A DNA stretch of 64,000 nucleotides from Azonexus sp. (GTDB lineage Bacteria; Pseudomonadota; Gammaproteobacteria; Burkholderiales; Rhodocyclaceae). The stretch lies in NCBI GenBank assembly GCA_031277255.1, contig JAITMS010000017.1, positions 177-64,176 of the forward strand, read 5' to 3'. Position numbers and translations under genes: made by a program. The notes beneath the pieces were generated by a model. That model had not been told where the DNA came from and did not search any database. It saw nothing but the letters and a program-made list of their open reading frames with translations. This document shows positions 10,819 through 22,662 of this stretch, one piece after another. Position 1 is the stretch's first letter; every line of letters begins with the position of its first letter.

Positions 10819-11150
10819 TGGAGCGCGGCGACATTTGGCTCGTCTCGCTCGATCCCATATCCGGTCGTGAACAACAGGGTACGCGCCCGGTGCTGATCGT
10901 CTCTCCGGGAAAATTCAACCGATTGACGCAAACGCCAGTCGTCTTGCCGATCACCAGCGGTGGAAATTTCGTCCGCGACCTTGGGCTGTCTGTTTCACTG
11001 ATGGGGGCCGGGACAAGCATAACCGGCGTTGTACGGTGCGATCAGCCACGCGCCCTTGATATGAAATCACGGGGCGGACGCAAGCTCGAAAGCGTACCTT
11101 CCGCCATCGTCGATGAAGTGCTGGCCAAACTCGTCACCATCTTTGAGTGA
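10818..11150 (+). CDS. mazF: type II toxin, MazF/PemK endoribonuclease family
   Basis: MERGDIWLVSLDPISGREQQGTRPVLIVSP...PITS is the classic MazF/PemK N-terminus. Start at ATG 10818. Confidence 0.85.
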   Translation: MERGDIWLVSLDPISGREQQGTRPVLIVSPGKFNRLTQTPVVLPITSGGNFVRDLGLSVSLMGAGTSITGVVRCDQPRALDMKSRGGRKLESVPSAIVDEVLAKLVTIFE

Positions 11151-11321
11151 TCCCAAGCTGAGTTTTCTGCATCCGGCGGAAATCGACTTGCGCAATCGCG
11201 CCAGGATCGACGATCAGGAGGCGGTGAACACCTGAACCTGCCCGCCAGCAACAAAACAAGCATATTGCGCCGCAGCATCGGGTGATAGAATCCCGCCTCT
11301 TTTCTTTCTGGCGCTTTTTTA

Positions 11322-13175
11322 ATGTCCGCTCGTCCCATCCGCAATATCGCCATCATCGCCCACGTCGATCATGGCAAAACCACGCTGGTCGACCAACTGC
11401 TCCGTCAATCCGGCACCTTTGCCGCCCACCAGCAGGTCGATGAGCGCGTCATGGATTCCGGCGATCTGGAACGGGAGCGCGGCATTACCATTCTGGCCAA
11501 AAACACGGCCATTGATTATCAGGGCGTCCACATCAATATCGTCGATACGCCGGGCCACGCCGATTTCGGCGGCGAGGTCGAGCGCGTGCTGGGCATGGTC
11601 GATGGCGTCGTGCTCCTGGTCGACGCCGTTGAAGGGCCGATGCCGCAGACGCGCTTCGTGACCAAAAAGGCGCTGGCCCAGGGTTTGCGCCCGATCGTGC
11701 TGGTCAACAAGGTCGACCGCGACGGCGGCGACCCGGACAACGCCGTCAATCTCACCTTCGACCTTTTCGACAAACTGGGCGCGACCGACGAACAGCTTGA
11801 TTTTCCGATTGTTTACGCCTCCGGCCTTAACGGCTGGGCGGCGCTGTCGCTCGATGCGCCGCGCGTCGACATGAAACCCCTGTTCGACATGATTCTGTCG
11901 CACGTGCCCGCGCCCGACGCCGATGTTGACGCGCCCCTGCAATTCCAGATTTCGGCGCTCGATTACTCCTCCTACGTCGGCCGCATCGGCGTTGGCCGGA
12001 TCAAGCGCGGCAGGGTCAAAACCGGGCAGAACGTGCTCATCCTGTTCGGCACCGAGGAAGAAGCCATCGAGCACGAACGGACGCCGATCAAAGCCAGAAT
12101 CGGCCAGGTTTTCGGTTACCAGGGCCTGAACAAGATCGAACTGGACGAAGGCTGCGCCGGTGACATCGTGCAGATTACCGGCATTGAAGACCTCGTTCTC
12201 GGCTGCACCGTGACCGACCCGGAACAGCCGGAAACCCTGCCCCTCCTCAAAATCGACGAACCGACCCTGGCCATGCAGTTCATGGTCAACACCAGCCCGC
12301 TGGCTGGCACCGAAGGCAAGTTCGTCACCAGCCGCCAGTTGCGCGACCGCCTGCACAAAGAACTCCTGACCAACATGGCGCTGCGCGTGCACGACACGCC
12401 GAATGGCGATATTTTCGATGTCGCGGGCCGCGGCGAACTGCATCTCGGCATCCTCCTCGAAAACATGCGCCGCGAAGGCTACGAACTGGCCGTTGGCCGT
12501 CCGCGCGTGGTCAAAAAGACGATCGGCGGCGTCGACTGCGAACCTTACGAAATGCTCACCGTCGACGTCGAAGAAGACCATCAGGGCGGCGTCATGGAAG
12601 CCCTTGGGCTACGCCGGGGCGAAATGCTCGACATGATCCCGGATGGCCGCGGCCGCGTGCGCATCGAATACCGCATTCCGGCGCGCGGCCTGATCGGCTT
12701 TCAGGGCGAATTTATGAATCTGACCCGCGGCACCGGCCTCATCAGCCACGTCTTTGACGAATACGCGCCGGTCAGAGACGGCGGCGTTGCCGAACGCCGC
12801 AACGGCGTGCTGATTTCGCAAGACAACGGCGAAGCCGTGGCCTATGCGCTGTGGAAACTGCAAGACCGGGGCCGGATGTTCGTCAACCCCGGCGAAAAGC
12901 TCTACGAAGGCATGATTATCGGCATCCACAGCCGCGACAACGATCTCGTCGTCAACCCGATCAAAGGCAAACAACTGACCAATGTCCGCGCCTCCGGCAC
13001 CGACGAAGCGGTGCGCCTGGTGCCGCCAATCCAGTTGAGCCTCGAAGCCGCCATCGAATTCATCGCCGACGACGAACTGGTCGAACTGACGCCCAAATCC
13101 ATCCGCCTGAGAAAACGCCATTTAACCGAAATCGAACGCAAGCGAGCGAGCAGAGGACAGAGGACTGAGGACTGA
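11322..13175 (+). CDS. typA: translational GTPase TypA/BipA
   Basis: 617 aa. [36 protein letters not shown]-motifs and BipA-specific C-terminal domain. The last 8 codons lie in the repeat arm. Confidence 0.95.
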   Translation: MSARPIRNIAIIAHVDHGKTTLVDQLLRQSGTFAAHQQVDERVMDSGDLERERGITILAKNTAIDYQGVHINIVDTPGHADFGGEVERVLGMVDGVVLLVDAVEGPMPQTRFVTKKALAQGLRPIVLVNKVDRDGGDPDNAVNLTFDLFDKLGATDEQLDFPIVYASGLNGWAALSLDAPRVDMKPLFDMILSHVPAPDADVDAPLQFQISALDYSSYVGRIGVGRIKRGRVKTGQNVLILFGTEEEAIEHERTPIKARIGQVFGYQGLNKIELDEGCAGDIVQITGIEDLVLGCTVTDPEQPETLPLLKIDEPTLAMQFMVNTSPLAGTEGKFVTSRQLRDRLHKELLTNMALRVHDTPNGDIFDVAGRGELHLGILLENMRREGYELAVGRPRVVKKTIGGVDCEPYEMLTVDVEEDHQGGVMEALGLRRGEMLDMIPDGRGRVRIEYRIPARGLIGFQGEFMNLTRGTGLISHVFDEYAPVRDGGVAERRNGVLISQDNGEAVAYALWKLQDRGRMFVNPGEKLYEGMIIGIHSRDNDLVVNPIKGKQLTNVRASGTDEAVRLVPPIQLSLEAAIEFIADDELVELTPKSIRLRKRHLTEIERKRASRGQRTED

Positions 13176-13287
13176 GGACGGTAAGCGACGTAGGCTGGGT
13201 TAGCGCAGCGTAACCCAGCATCGTTCAGCCCAAGCTGGGATTACACTTCGTTCCATCCCAGCCTACCTTCCTGTCCTCCGTCCTCCC
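13151..13287. repeat. heptamer-armed hairpin element, copy 2
   Basis: Left arm CAGAG GACAGAG GACTGAG GACTGAG GACGG. Right arm TTCCTGTCCTCCGTCCTCCC. The core carries nested GTAGGCTGGG...CCCAGCCTAC and TGGGTTAGCGCAGCGTAACCCA hairpins. Lies between convergent typA and moaA. Confidence 0.75.
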
Positions 13288-13291
13288 AACC

Positions 13292-14365
13292 TCAGCCGCC
13301 GGTCATCGACATGAAGCGGACGACTTGCGGCGCGGTCATCTGTCCGGTGAAATCGTGGCCGAGCGGTTTGATGCCCATGCTGTCGATGATGATCTGGCGT
13401 AACTGATCGTCGTCAGCGCCGGAGCGCAGGGCGTCGAGCAGATTGACGGCGTCGTTGTGGCCGAGGCAGGGATAGAGTTCGCCCCGCGCCGTGATGCGGA
13501 CACGGTTGCAGGTGTCGCAGAAATTGTGGCTGTGCGGCGAGATGAAGCCAACCCGCGTCGCCGCGTCGGGAATCCGCCAGTAGCGGGCGGGGCCGCCGGA
13601 ATCCTCGGTCGAGGGCAGCAGCTCGAAATGTTCTGCCAGCCGCTGGCGGGTTTCTTCCGAAGAAATAAAGCGGCTGTCGCGGCTCAGAATATCGCCGAGC
13701 GGCATTTCCTCGATGAAGGAAATGTCGAGTTCGTTAGCGAGCGCAAAGCGCGTCAGATCGACAAATTCATCGTCATTGCGGCCGCGCATCATCACCACAT
13801 TGAGTTTCGTCCGGCGAAAACCGGCGGCGCGGGCGGCGGCGATGCCTTTTTTCACCTTGCCCAGATCGCCGATCCGCGTGATTTCGCGGAAACGCTCAGG
13901 GCGCAGCGTGTCGAGGCTGATGTTGAGGCGCTTGACGCCCGCCGCAAATAACGGGCGGGCGAAGCGGTCGAGTTGCGAGCCGTTGGTGGTGAGCACCAGA
14001 TTGTCAAGGCCGGGCAGGGCGGCCAGACGTTCGATCAGCCACAAGGCGTCTTTGCGCACCAGCGGTTCGCCGCCGGTGACGCGCAATTTGTTGACGCCGA
14101 GCGCGACGAAAACACGGGCGACGCGCAGGGACTCCTCAAGGCTCATCACCGCCTCGCGCGGCAGAAAAGTCATCTCCTCGGCCATGCAGTAGGTGCAGCG
14201 AAAATCGCAGCGGTCGGTGATGGAGAGGCGGACGTAAGTAATCCGCCGCCCGTATTTGTCGACCAGCGTCCCCGGCGGCAATGCGCGGCGCTGCGGCTGG
14301 ACGGCGGGCCGGAAATCGCTTCCGCCGGGGGGCGTTGATTCGGGGTGCAGGGTTTCGTTGTGCAT
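13292..14365 (-). CDS. moaA: GTP 3',8-cyclase MoaA (radical SAM)
   Basis: [14 protein letters not shown] cluster motif, C-terminal [16 protein letters not shown] second cluster, GG tail. Start chosen at MHNETL (alternative at 14407). Confidence 0.9.
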   Translation of the reverse strand: MHNETLHPESTPPGGSDFRPAVQPQRRALPPGTLVDKYGRRITYVRLSITDRCDFRCTYCMAEEMTFLPREAVMSLEESLRVARVFVALGVNKLRVTGGEPLVRKDALWLIERLAALPGLDNLVLTTNGSQLDRFARPLFAAGVKRLNISLDTLRPERFREITRIGDLGKVKKGIAAARAAGFRRTKLNVVMMRGRNDDEFVDLTRFALANELDISFIEEMPLGDILSRDSRFISSEETRQRLAEHFELLPSTEDSGGPARYWRIPDAATRVGFISPHSHNFCDTCNRVRITARGELYPCLGHNDAVNLLDALRSGADDDQLRQIIIDSMGIKPLGHDFTGQMTAPQVVRFMSMTGG

Positions 14366-14409
14366 GTCGCGTTGCCGGACGGGGGCGCTAAAATAAGCCA
14401 TTGGCAACG

Positions 14410-14438
14410 ATTATTGACATTGCCGCTTTGACCGTCAA
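14410..14438 (-). promoter_or_regulatory. candidate sigma70 promoter for moaA (TTGACG-17 nt-AATAAT)
   Basis: Read on the minus strand as TTGACGgtcaaagcggcaatgtcAATAAT, about 45 nt upstream of the moaA ATG. Prediction by eye only. Confidence 0.35.
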
Positions 14439-14610
14439 TTAAGAAAAGTCAATGAATGGAAAATGAGGCCGAAAATCCGGGCCAATTACCGGAAAAATGG
14501 AAGCATGGCGGCATTGACGGTAGAATACCGGCTGGCGGGACAGGCCGGGGAAGGGAAGGAGCGCTGTCGGCGAAGAAAGGCTGGATACGGGGGGGGCAGA
14601 GCCAGCGCCA

Positions 14611-14640
14611 ATGAAAACGGCCTGCGCAAAGGCAGGCCGT
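14611..14640 (-). terminator. rho-independent terminator after tRNA-Asn
   Basis: Minus strand ACGGCCTGC-CTTTGC-GCAGGCCGT followed by TTTTCAT. 9-bp GC-rich stem. Confidence 0.6.
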
Positions 14641-14648
14641 CTGCAAGC

Positions 14649-14724
14649 TGGCTCCCCGACTTGGGCTCGAACCAAGGACCTACGGATTAACAGTCCGGCG
14701 CTCTACCGACTGAGCTATCGGGGA
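14649..14724 (-). tRNA. tRNA-Asn (anticodon GTT)
   Basis: Minus strand TCCCCGATAGCTCAGTCGGTAGAGCGCCGGACTGTTAATCCGTAGGTCCTTGGTTCGAGCCCAAGTCGGGGAGCCA. 7-bp acceptor stem, GTT in a CTGTTAA loop, GGTTCGAGCC T-arm, encoded CCA. Confidence 0.95.
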
Positions 14725-14778
14725 AAGAGTCGCGCATAATAGTTTCAGAAGCCGCGCGCGTCAAGCGATTCATCAATA

Positions 14779-16560
14779 TTGGACAGTGTTTCGAGTGCTA
14801 TGGACTCCAGTCTCATCTATGCCAAAACCGCCGCCGGAAACGAGGCGGTGCGTCAGGGGGCGCAGCTTGTGCAGCGCAATATGCGGGTGGTCTTGTTGCA
14901 GATTGACGGGCGGCTCTCTGTCCAGCAACTGATTGCCAAAATCGGCAGCCAGCGTCTGGTTGAAGACGCCTTGCAGGCGCTGGCCGACAAGGGCTTGATC
15001 GAGACGACCAGCGTTTTGCCGGAAACGGCGGCGGCCCGGCCAGCGGAAGCCGGAGCGGAAAATTCGATCATTTCGCAATTTTCGACTTTCGGTTCAAGTA
15101 GCATGGCCTCGGTTGGCGCTGATGACAGTGTTGGCGGTGACGACTTTACCGTCTTCGGGCGATCGACGGGGCCGTCGCTGAGCGGCGGCGCTCCGCCCGA
15201 AGCGCCGTCGCTGCCGCCGCCGCAACTGGCCGTGGTCAGAAGGGCGCGACCGAAACGCCGCTTTGCAGTTGGCCGCTGGCTCTCTGGCGGCCTTGCCATC
15301 GCCGTGGCGGCGGCGCTGGCGGCGGTCTTGCTCTATCCCTACGACCATTTCCGCCCGGCGCTCGAAACCGCCTTGGCCCGCCAGTTGGCGGCCCCGGTTC
15401 GGGTCGGCGCGGTTCATCTTGGCTGGCTGCCGCAGCCGCGTCTTCTGGTCGATGATGTCACCGTCAGCCGTGACGGTGAATGGCATATCGCCACGCTGGC
15501 GATCAGTTCACCCTGGCGGCTGCTCGGCGACGGCGGCGCTCTGCCGGAAATCGAAGCGGGCGGCGTCCGTCTGACGGCCAATCAACTGCTTGATCTGCCG
15601 TTTTTCAGTAAGCGGGGCGTGACGGCGGGCGGTTATTCGCCGCGCCGCCTGCGCATTGCCGACGCCACGGTCACCCTCGGCGATCTGACGAGCGGCCAAT
15701 GGCGGGGCGAAATACTTTTTGACGACGGCGGCAGTATGGAAAAGACCCGCTTCGACAGCGCCGACGGCAGTCTGCATCTGGAAATGACGCCAGCCGCGCA
15801 AGGCCTGGCGCTGGCGCTCGACGCCTCAGGCTGGCAACCGGAGGGTCTGCCATTCGGCTTGACGACCATGCAGGCCAGCGGTTTTTTGCAGCGCGACCGC
15901 CTGCTGCTGGAAAAACTCGACGCCAATGCCCTCGGCGGCCAGATCAGGGGCAACTGGCAACTCGACTGGAGCGCCAGCGGCATGGCGATGAGCGGCGAGG
16001 AGGACCTGACACGGCTCGACAGCCGCCAGACGATGGCGGCGCTGCTGCCCAAACTGCGACTTGAGGGCGAATTGAGCGGAGCCTTGCGGATGCGGGCCAA
16101 TGGCCGCAACTGGCAGGAGATGCTGACGCAGATCGAGGCCAGCCTTGATGCCAAAGTCACGCGCGGCCAGTTGGTCGGGATCGACCTCGGCGAGTTGGCG
16201 CGGAACAGTTTCAGCGGTGTCGTCCGTTCGGGGACGACACGTTTTGAAACCTTGCAGGCGCGTCTCGACATCACGCCGGAGCGGATCGTCGCCCAGTCAA
16301 TCCAGCTTGATGGCGGCCTGATGACGGCCAGCGGTCGCGCCACCATCGACGCGGGCGGGCAGATCGAGGGCAATGTCACGGTACAGACCCATTCCTCGAT
16401 CTTGAACACCCGCGTCCCGGCCAAAGTGAGCGGCGCCCTGAACAATATGGTGGTGACGGCAACGGTTCAGCCGGTCACCACCCGGCGGCCCTCTGAGCAA
16501 CCGGGCAATGACGGCAATCTTGAACCGGGGTCGCCGCCTCCCGATCATCTGTCGCCCTGA
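14779..16560 (+). CDS. AsmA-like envelope protein with an extra small N-terminal cytoplasmic domain
   Basis: 593 aa. About 70-aa soluble N-domain, low-complexity linker, one TM (LSGGLAIAVAAALAAVLL), then a long periplasmic region resembling AsmA family proteins. Weak family call. Confidence 0.5.
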   Translation: MDSVSSAMDSSLIYAKTAAGNEAVRQGAQLVQRNMRVVLLQIDGRLSVQQLIAKIGSQRLVEDALQALADKGLIETTSVLPETAAARPAEAGAENSIISQFSTFGSSSMASVGADDSVGGDDFTVFGRSTGPSLSGGAPPEAPSLPPPQLAVVRRARPKRRFAVGRWLSGGLAIAVAAALAAVLLYPYDHFRPALETALARQLAAPVRVGAVHLGWLPQPRLLVDDVTVSRDGEWHIATLAISSPWRLLGDGGALPEIEAGGVRLTANQLLDLPFFSKRGVTAGGYSPRRLRIADATVTLGDLTSGQWRGEILFDDGGSMEKTRFDSADGSLHLEMTPAAQGLALALDASGWQPEGLPFGLTTMQASGFLQRDRLLLEKLDANALGGQIRGNWQLDWSASGMAMSGEEDLTRLDSRQTMAALLPKLRLEGELSGALRMRANGRNWQEMLTQIEASLDAKVTRGQLVGIDLGELARNSFSGVVRSGTTRFETLQARLDITPERIVAQSIQLDGGLMTASGRATIDAGGQIEGNVTVQTHSSILNTRVPAKVSGALNNMVVTATVQPVTTRRPSEQPGNDGNLEPGSPPPDHLSP

Positions 16561-16576
16561 GTTCCGCCCGTCGACG

Positions 16577-16604
16577 TAAAAGAGGCTGCCAGCAGGCAGC
16601 CTCT
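16577..16604 (-). terminator. rho-independent terminator after the aminotransferase gene
   Basis: Perfect 10-bp stem AGAGGCTGCC/GGCAGCCTCT, 4-nt loop, followed on the minus strand by TTTTAC. Confidence 0.55.
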
Positions 16605-16626
16605 GGTGCCGGGCGAGCGATGCCGG

Positions 16627-17835
16627 TCAGCCTCTGGTCACCGCCCCGATCGCCTTGGCGACGTAGCCGATGTTCTTGCTGTTGAGCGCCGCCAGGCAAA
16701 TACGGCCGGTGGACACCGCGTAAATGCCGAACTCCGTTTTCAGCCGCTCGACCTGGGCGGCGGAGAGGCCGGTGTAGGAGAACATGCCGCGTTGTTGGGC
16801 GACAAAGGAAAAATCCGCCGTCACGCCTTCGGCCTTGATGGCCTCGACCAGGCCGGTGCGCATGGCGCGGATACGGTCGCGCATGGCTGCCAGTTCCTGT
16901 TCCCACTGGCCGCGCAGTTCGGGCGAGGCGAGCACGGCGGCGACAAGCGCGCCGCCGTGGGTCGGCGGGTTGGAGTAGTTGGTGCGGATGACGCGCTTGA
17001 TTTGTGAAAGCACGCGGGCCGCTTCGTCCTTGGTGGCGGTGACGACGGATAAAGCGCCGACCCGCTCGCCATAGAGCGAGAAGTTTTTGGAGAAGGAACT
17101 GGAAGCGAAAAATTGCAGGCCGGCAGCGGCAAAGGCGCGAACCGCCACGGCGTCGGCTTCGATGCCATCGGCAAAGCCTTGATAGGCCATGTCGAGAAAG
17201 GGGACGAGACCGCGTTCCTTGCAGATGCCGACGACTTCTTTCCATTGGGCAGCCGAGAGATCGGCGCCGGTCGGGTTGTGGCAGCAGGCGTGGAGCAGGA
17301 CGACCGAGCCGCTGGGCATTTTGCCCAGATCGGCCCGCATCGCCGCGAAATTGACGCCGCGCGTGGCGGCGTCGTAATAGGCGTAATCCTCGACGAGAAA
17401 ACCGGCGGCTTCAAACAGGGCGCGGTGGTTTTCCCAGGAGGGGTGGGAGATGTAGACCTTGGCGGCGGGGTTGAGGCGTTTCAGGTAATCGGCGCCGACG
17501 CGCAAGGCGCCGGTGCCGCCAAGCGCCTGGGCGGTGAGCGCGCGACCGGCGGCGAGCAGTTCCGAATCCTTGCCGAACAGGAGATTCTGCACGGCGTTGT
17601 TGTAGGCGGCAGGCCCTTCGATCGGCTGGTAACCGCGCGGCGGCGCGGCCTTGAGGCGGATTTCCTCAGCCGTTCTGACGGCGGCGAGAAGCGGGATTTT
17701 GCCGTTGTCGTCAAAGTAGACGCCAACGCCGAGATTGACCTTGGTTTCGCGCGTGTCGGCGTTAAAGGCTTCATTGAGGCCAAGGATCGGGTCGCGCGGG
17801 GCCATTTCCACCGCCGCGAAGATCGAAGAAGACAT
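16627..17835 (-). CDS. aspartate/aromatic amino acid aminotransferase (AspC/TyrB family)
   Basis: 402 aa. PRDPILGLNEAFNADTRETKVNLGVGVY and SFSKNFSLYGERVG (PLP lysine motif SxSKNF). Confidence 0.9.
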   Translation of the reverse strand: MSSSIFAAVEMAPRDPILGLNEAFNADTRETKVNLGVGVYFDDNGKIPLLAAVRTAEEIRLKAAPPRGYQPIEGPAAYNNAVQNLLFGKDSELLAAGRALTAQALGGTGALRVGADYLKRLNPAAKVYISHPSWENHRALFEAAGFLVEDYAYYDAATRGVNFAAMRADLGKMPSGSVVLLHACCHNPTGADLSAAQWKEVVGICKERGLVPFLDMAYQGFADGIEADAVAVRAFAAAGLQFFASSSFSKNFSLYGERVGALSVVTATKDEAARVLSQIKRVIRTNYSNPPTHGGALVAAVLASPELRGQWEQELAAMRDRIRAMRTGLVEAIKAEGVTADFSFVAQQRGMFSYTGLSAAQVERLKTEFGIYAVSTGRICLAALNSKNIGYVAKAIGAVTRG

Positions 17836-17932
17836 AGGGACTCCGTGAAATAAAATAGGAGATCAGTGATAACGCGCTGCCGATGGGTTGTTGACCGATT
17901 GGGCGCGTCGACAAAAAGCGGAAAATTTTACC

Positions 17933-20010
<2,078 letters not shown>

Positions 20011-20014
<4 letters not shown>

Positions 20015-20493
20015 ATTATCGCGTCCTGATGGTGTGCATGGGCAATATCTGCCGCTCGCCCACGGCGGAAGGCGTGCTGCGCAAGTTCATCCAGCAGAAC
20101 AAGCTCGGCGACAAAGTCGAAGTCGACTCCGCCGGAACGCACGGCTACCACGTCGGCGAAGCCCCCGACAACCGCACCCAGCGGGCGGCGAAAGCCCGCG
20201 GCTACGACCTCTCGCAACTGCGGGCGCGCAAGGTGGCGCAACAGGATCTCGACTATTTCGACCTGATCCTGGCTATGGACAAAAGCAACCTCGACCACCT
20301 GAAGCGCCTGGCGACGCCGGAACAAAGCAAACGCATCAAATTGTTCATGGACTACGCCAAACACTTCGACGACGACGAAGTCCCCGACCCCTACTACGGC
20401 CTCGGCCACGGCTTCGACCTCGTCCTCGACATGGTCGAAGACGCGGCGGCAGGGCTGGTCGAGGAGATCAAGGAGAAACTGGGGCGGCGCTGA
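20011..20493 (+). CDS. low-molecular-weight protein-tyrosine phosphatase
   Basis: [17 protein letters not shown] (CX5R P-loop) and DPYY motif. ATGA overlap with the uvrB stop. Confidence 0.85.
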
Positions 20494-20527
20494 AGGGCGC
20501 GGTAAGGCTCTTTCGCCGGAGACGCGC

Positions 20528-21712
20528 ATGGCTGCCAGATGGCCGCAGGTTGTCGCATTGGGCGTGGCGCAGACGATAGCCTGGGCTTCATCCACCTATC
20601 TGCCGGCGCTGCTGGCCCGGCCACTGGCGGCTGAACTGGGCTTGCGTCCGGCTCTGGTTTTTGCCGCTTATTCCGTCGCGCTGGTCATCATGGCTGCTTG
20701 CGGGCCGCTCATTGGCCGCCATATCGACCGTCAGGGCGGGCAGGGCATCTTGTGTCTGTCGAGCGTCACGCTCGCTGGCGGTTTGATCCTGCTCGGCCTG
20801 GCTGTCGGCCCGGTCAGCCTGTTTGTTGCCTGGGCGGTGATCGGTGTCGGCATGGCGCTTGGCCTTTACGACGCGGCTTTTACCGCTCTGGTGCGCGAGC
20901 ACGGTCTGACGGCGCGCACCCCGATCACCGGCGTCACCCTGCTCGGCGGTTTCGCCAGCACCATCGGCTGGCCGCTGACGGCCTGGTTGCTGGCGCACGG
21001 CGACTGGCGGCTGACCTGCTTCGCCTGGGCTGGCATCAACCTGTTCCTGGCCTTGCCGCTGTATTACCGCTTTCTGCCTTCCAGCAAAGACCTGGCCGGG
21101 GCGGCGCCGCCGGTCACGACGGAAGGCGCGGCAGTCGAGCACTCGCGTGGCGACCGGCGCAACATCCTGGCTTTGATTGTTTTCGGCGCGGCGACAGCCT
21201 TCGTGACCTCGGCCATGGCCGCGCATCTGCCCGGCCTGCTGGCGATTGTCGGCCTGCCGTTGGTCGCCGCCATCGGCGCGGCGGCCCTGGTCGGCCCGGC
21301 GCAAGTGGCGGCGCGGCTGGGCGAATTTCTCGCCAGCCGCCGCGGGCGATTGTCGCCGCTCCTGGCCGCCCGACTGGCGACAACTCTGCATCCGCTCGGC
21401 GGCGCTTGCCTGCTGCTCGCCGCCGGACCAGCCGGAGCCACTGCCTTCGCCCTGCTGCACGGCGCTGGTAACGGCATGATAACCATCGCCTGGGGAACCT
21501 TGCCGCTGGCCCTGTTCGGCCCGCGCGGCTACGGCTTGTTACAGGGCAAACTCGCCGCCCCGCAGCGCCTGACGCAGGCGGCGGCTCCTTTCCTCTTTGC
21601 CCTGATTCTCGAATCAGCCGGGGCCAGGGTCGCCATCGGGCTTTCCGTGACCATCTCCCTGCTCGCCCTGCTGGCCTTGCTCGCCATCCGCAAGCCGGAG
21701 GGCCTGAGTTGA
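20528..21712 (+). CDS. MFS transporter (12-TM type)
   Basis: 394 aa, uniformly hydrophobic, very GC-rich. Substrate unknown. Confidence 0.65.
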   Translation: MAARWPQVVALGVAQTIAWASSTYLPALLARPLAAELGLRPALVFAAYSVALVIMAACGPLIGRHIDRQGGQGILCLSSVTLAGGLILLGLAVGPVSLFVAWAVIGVGMALGLYDAAFTALVREHGLTARTPITGVTLLGGFASTIGWPLTAWLLAHGDWRLTCFAWAGINLFLALPLYYRFLPSSKDLAGAAPPVTTEGAAVEHSRGDRRNILALIVFGAATAFVTSAMAAHLPGLLAIVGLPLVAAIGAAALVGPAQVAARLGEFLASRRGRLSPLLAARLATTLHPLGGACLLLAAGPAGATAFALLHGAGNGMITIAWGTLPLALFGPRGYGLLQGKLAAPQRLTQAAAPFLFALILESAGARVAIGLSVTISLLALLALLAIRKPEGLS

Positions 21713-21842
21713 ATTGCGAGCAAGCAAGGGCAGGGCAGTTTTCAACCCGCCGCCTTAAACTGGGGCGGCGGTGAGTAGCTGGGGCGGCTGCCCTTGGCGA
21801 CACTACCTGCCATTTTGCATTTCCGGGCGCTGGCGTTCGGCG

Positions 21843-22355
21843 TCAGCGCCTCGGTCGTACTGAATCGTGGTCGAACAGGCCGCTACGCTCATGTTCGCGC
21901 ACCAGTTCCTGTAGCGTATTGATCAGAGCGCGGGAGTTTTCTTCGCCGAACGGGCGCAGAATTTCCCGCTGGTGGGCCTGTGCCTTGCTCACCAGCCCGG
22001 CGATACGTACCTGACCTTCAGTCGTCAGGGAGACCAGGGTTTGCCGCCGGTCTCCTTCGGTGCTCTGGCGTAGGGTCAGATTTCCCACTTCGAGACGCTT
22101 TACCAGTTTCGACAAAGTCGACTGTTTGATCAGGGCGAGTCGACAGAGCGTACTGATGGTCTCGCCCGAACTACCGTACAGACAAGCCAGTACGCGCCAC
22201 TCGGCGAAGGTCAGTCCGGTGCGGGCGACTTCACGATGAAATTCGCTGGAAATCCAGTAACTCGCTTGCGACAACCAGTACGGCAGATATTGGTCAAGAA
22301 AGCGCAGCGGCGCTTCTTCATGTCCGGAGGGCTGGGTTTTCGTATCTTTTGTCAT
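21843..22355 (-). CDS. MarR family transcriptional regulator
   Basis: 170 aa. Winged HTH region FAEWRVLACLYGSSGETISTLCRLALIKQSTLSKLVKRLE...DRRQTLVSLT. Divergent from the catabolic cluster. Confidence 0.85.
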   Translation of the reverse strand: MTKDTKTQPSGHEEAPLRFLDQYLPYWLSQASYWISSEFHREVARTGLTFAEWRVLACLYGSSGETISTLCRLALIKQSTLSKLVKRLEVGNLTLRQSTEGDRRQTLVSLTTEGQVRIAGLVSKAQAHQREILRPFGEENSRALINTLQELVREHERSGLFDHDSVRPRR

Positions 22356-22408
22356 GTTTAGTCAGAGCCTGACCTACCGACTATGTGCTAGCACTCCCGG
22401 CAGGTTCT

Positions 22409-22420
22409 ATGAATTTTCAT
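22409..22420. promoter_or_regulatory. candidate MarR operator half-palindrome ATGAA-N2-TTCAT (site 1)
   Basis: ATGAATTTTCAT lies in the AT-rich divergent intergenic region. Confidence 0.35.
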
Positions 22421-22583
22421 TGTTTACGATAACCGCAACCGGCTTGGTTTGGCAATGCGGAGTATTCCGCCAATACCTGTTACCGCCAGCCAAACAGACT
22501 ATCCACACAGTAGTGGTTTTCAAGGGAAGGTCACCGGTTTGCGCTGTTGTACATAGCGAATCGCACTCTCAGTCATTTTTAAT

Positions 22584-22607
22584 ATGAAAATTCATATGAA
22601 AATTCTT
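22584..22607. promoter_or_regulatory. candidate MarR operator, tandem ATGAAAATTC(AT) sites 2-3
   Basis: ATGAAAATTCAT ATGAAAATTCTT, 12-nt tandem, about 55 nt upstream of the dapA-like start. Confidence 0.35.
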
Positions 22608-22662
22608 TGAAGCACAAACCGAGGTGTGAATACCCTTATCCGCATTGAGCGAGGAGAGACTG

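Noticed and set aside
11151-11250. Short open frame after mazF (…PKLSFLHPAEIDLRNRARIDDQEAVNT*) as a possible gene remnant.
   Set aside because: It has no start codon, no recognisable family, and is only about 30 codons. It cannot be distinguished from chance in GC-rich DNA.
14366-14610. Possible Moco riboswitch in the moaA upstream region.
   Set aside because: I could not find the conserved Moco-motif elements by eye. A good TTGACG-17-AATAAT promoter lies only about 45 nt upstream of the ATG, leaving too short a leader. An Rfam RF01055 covariance search would settle it.
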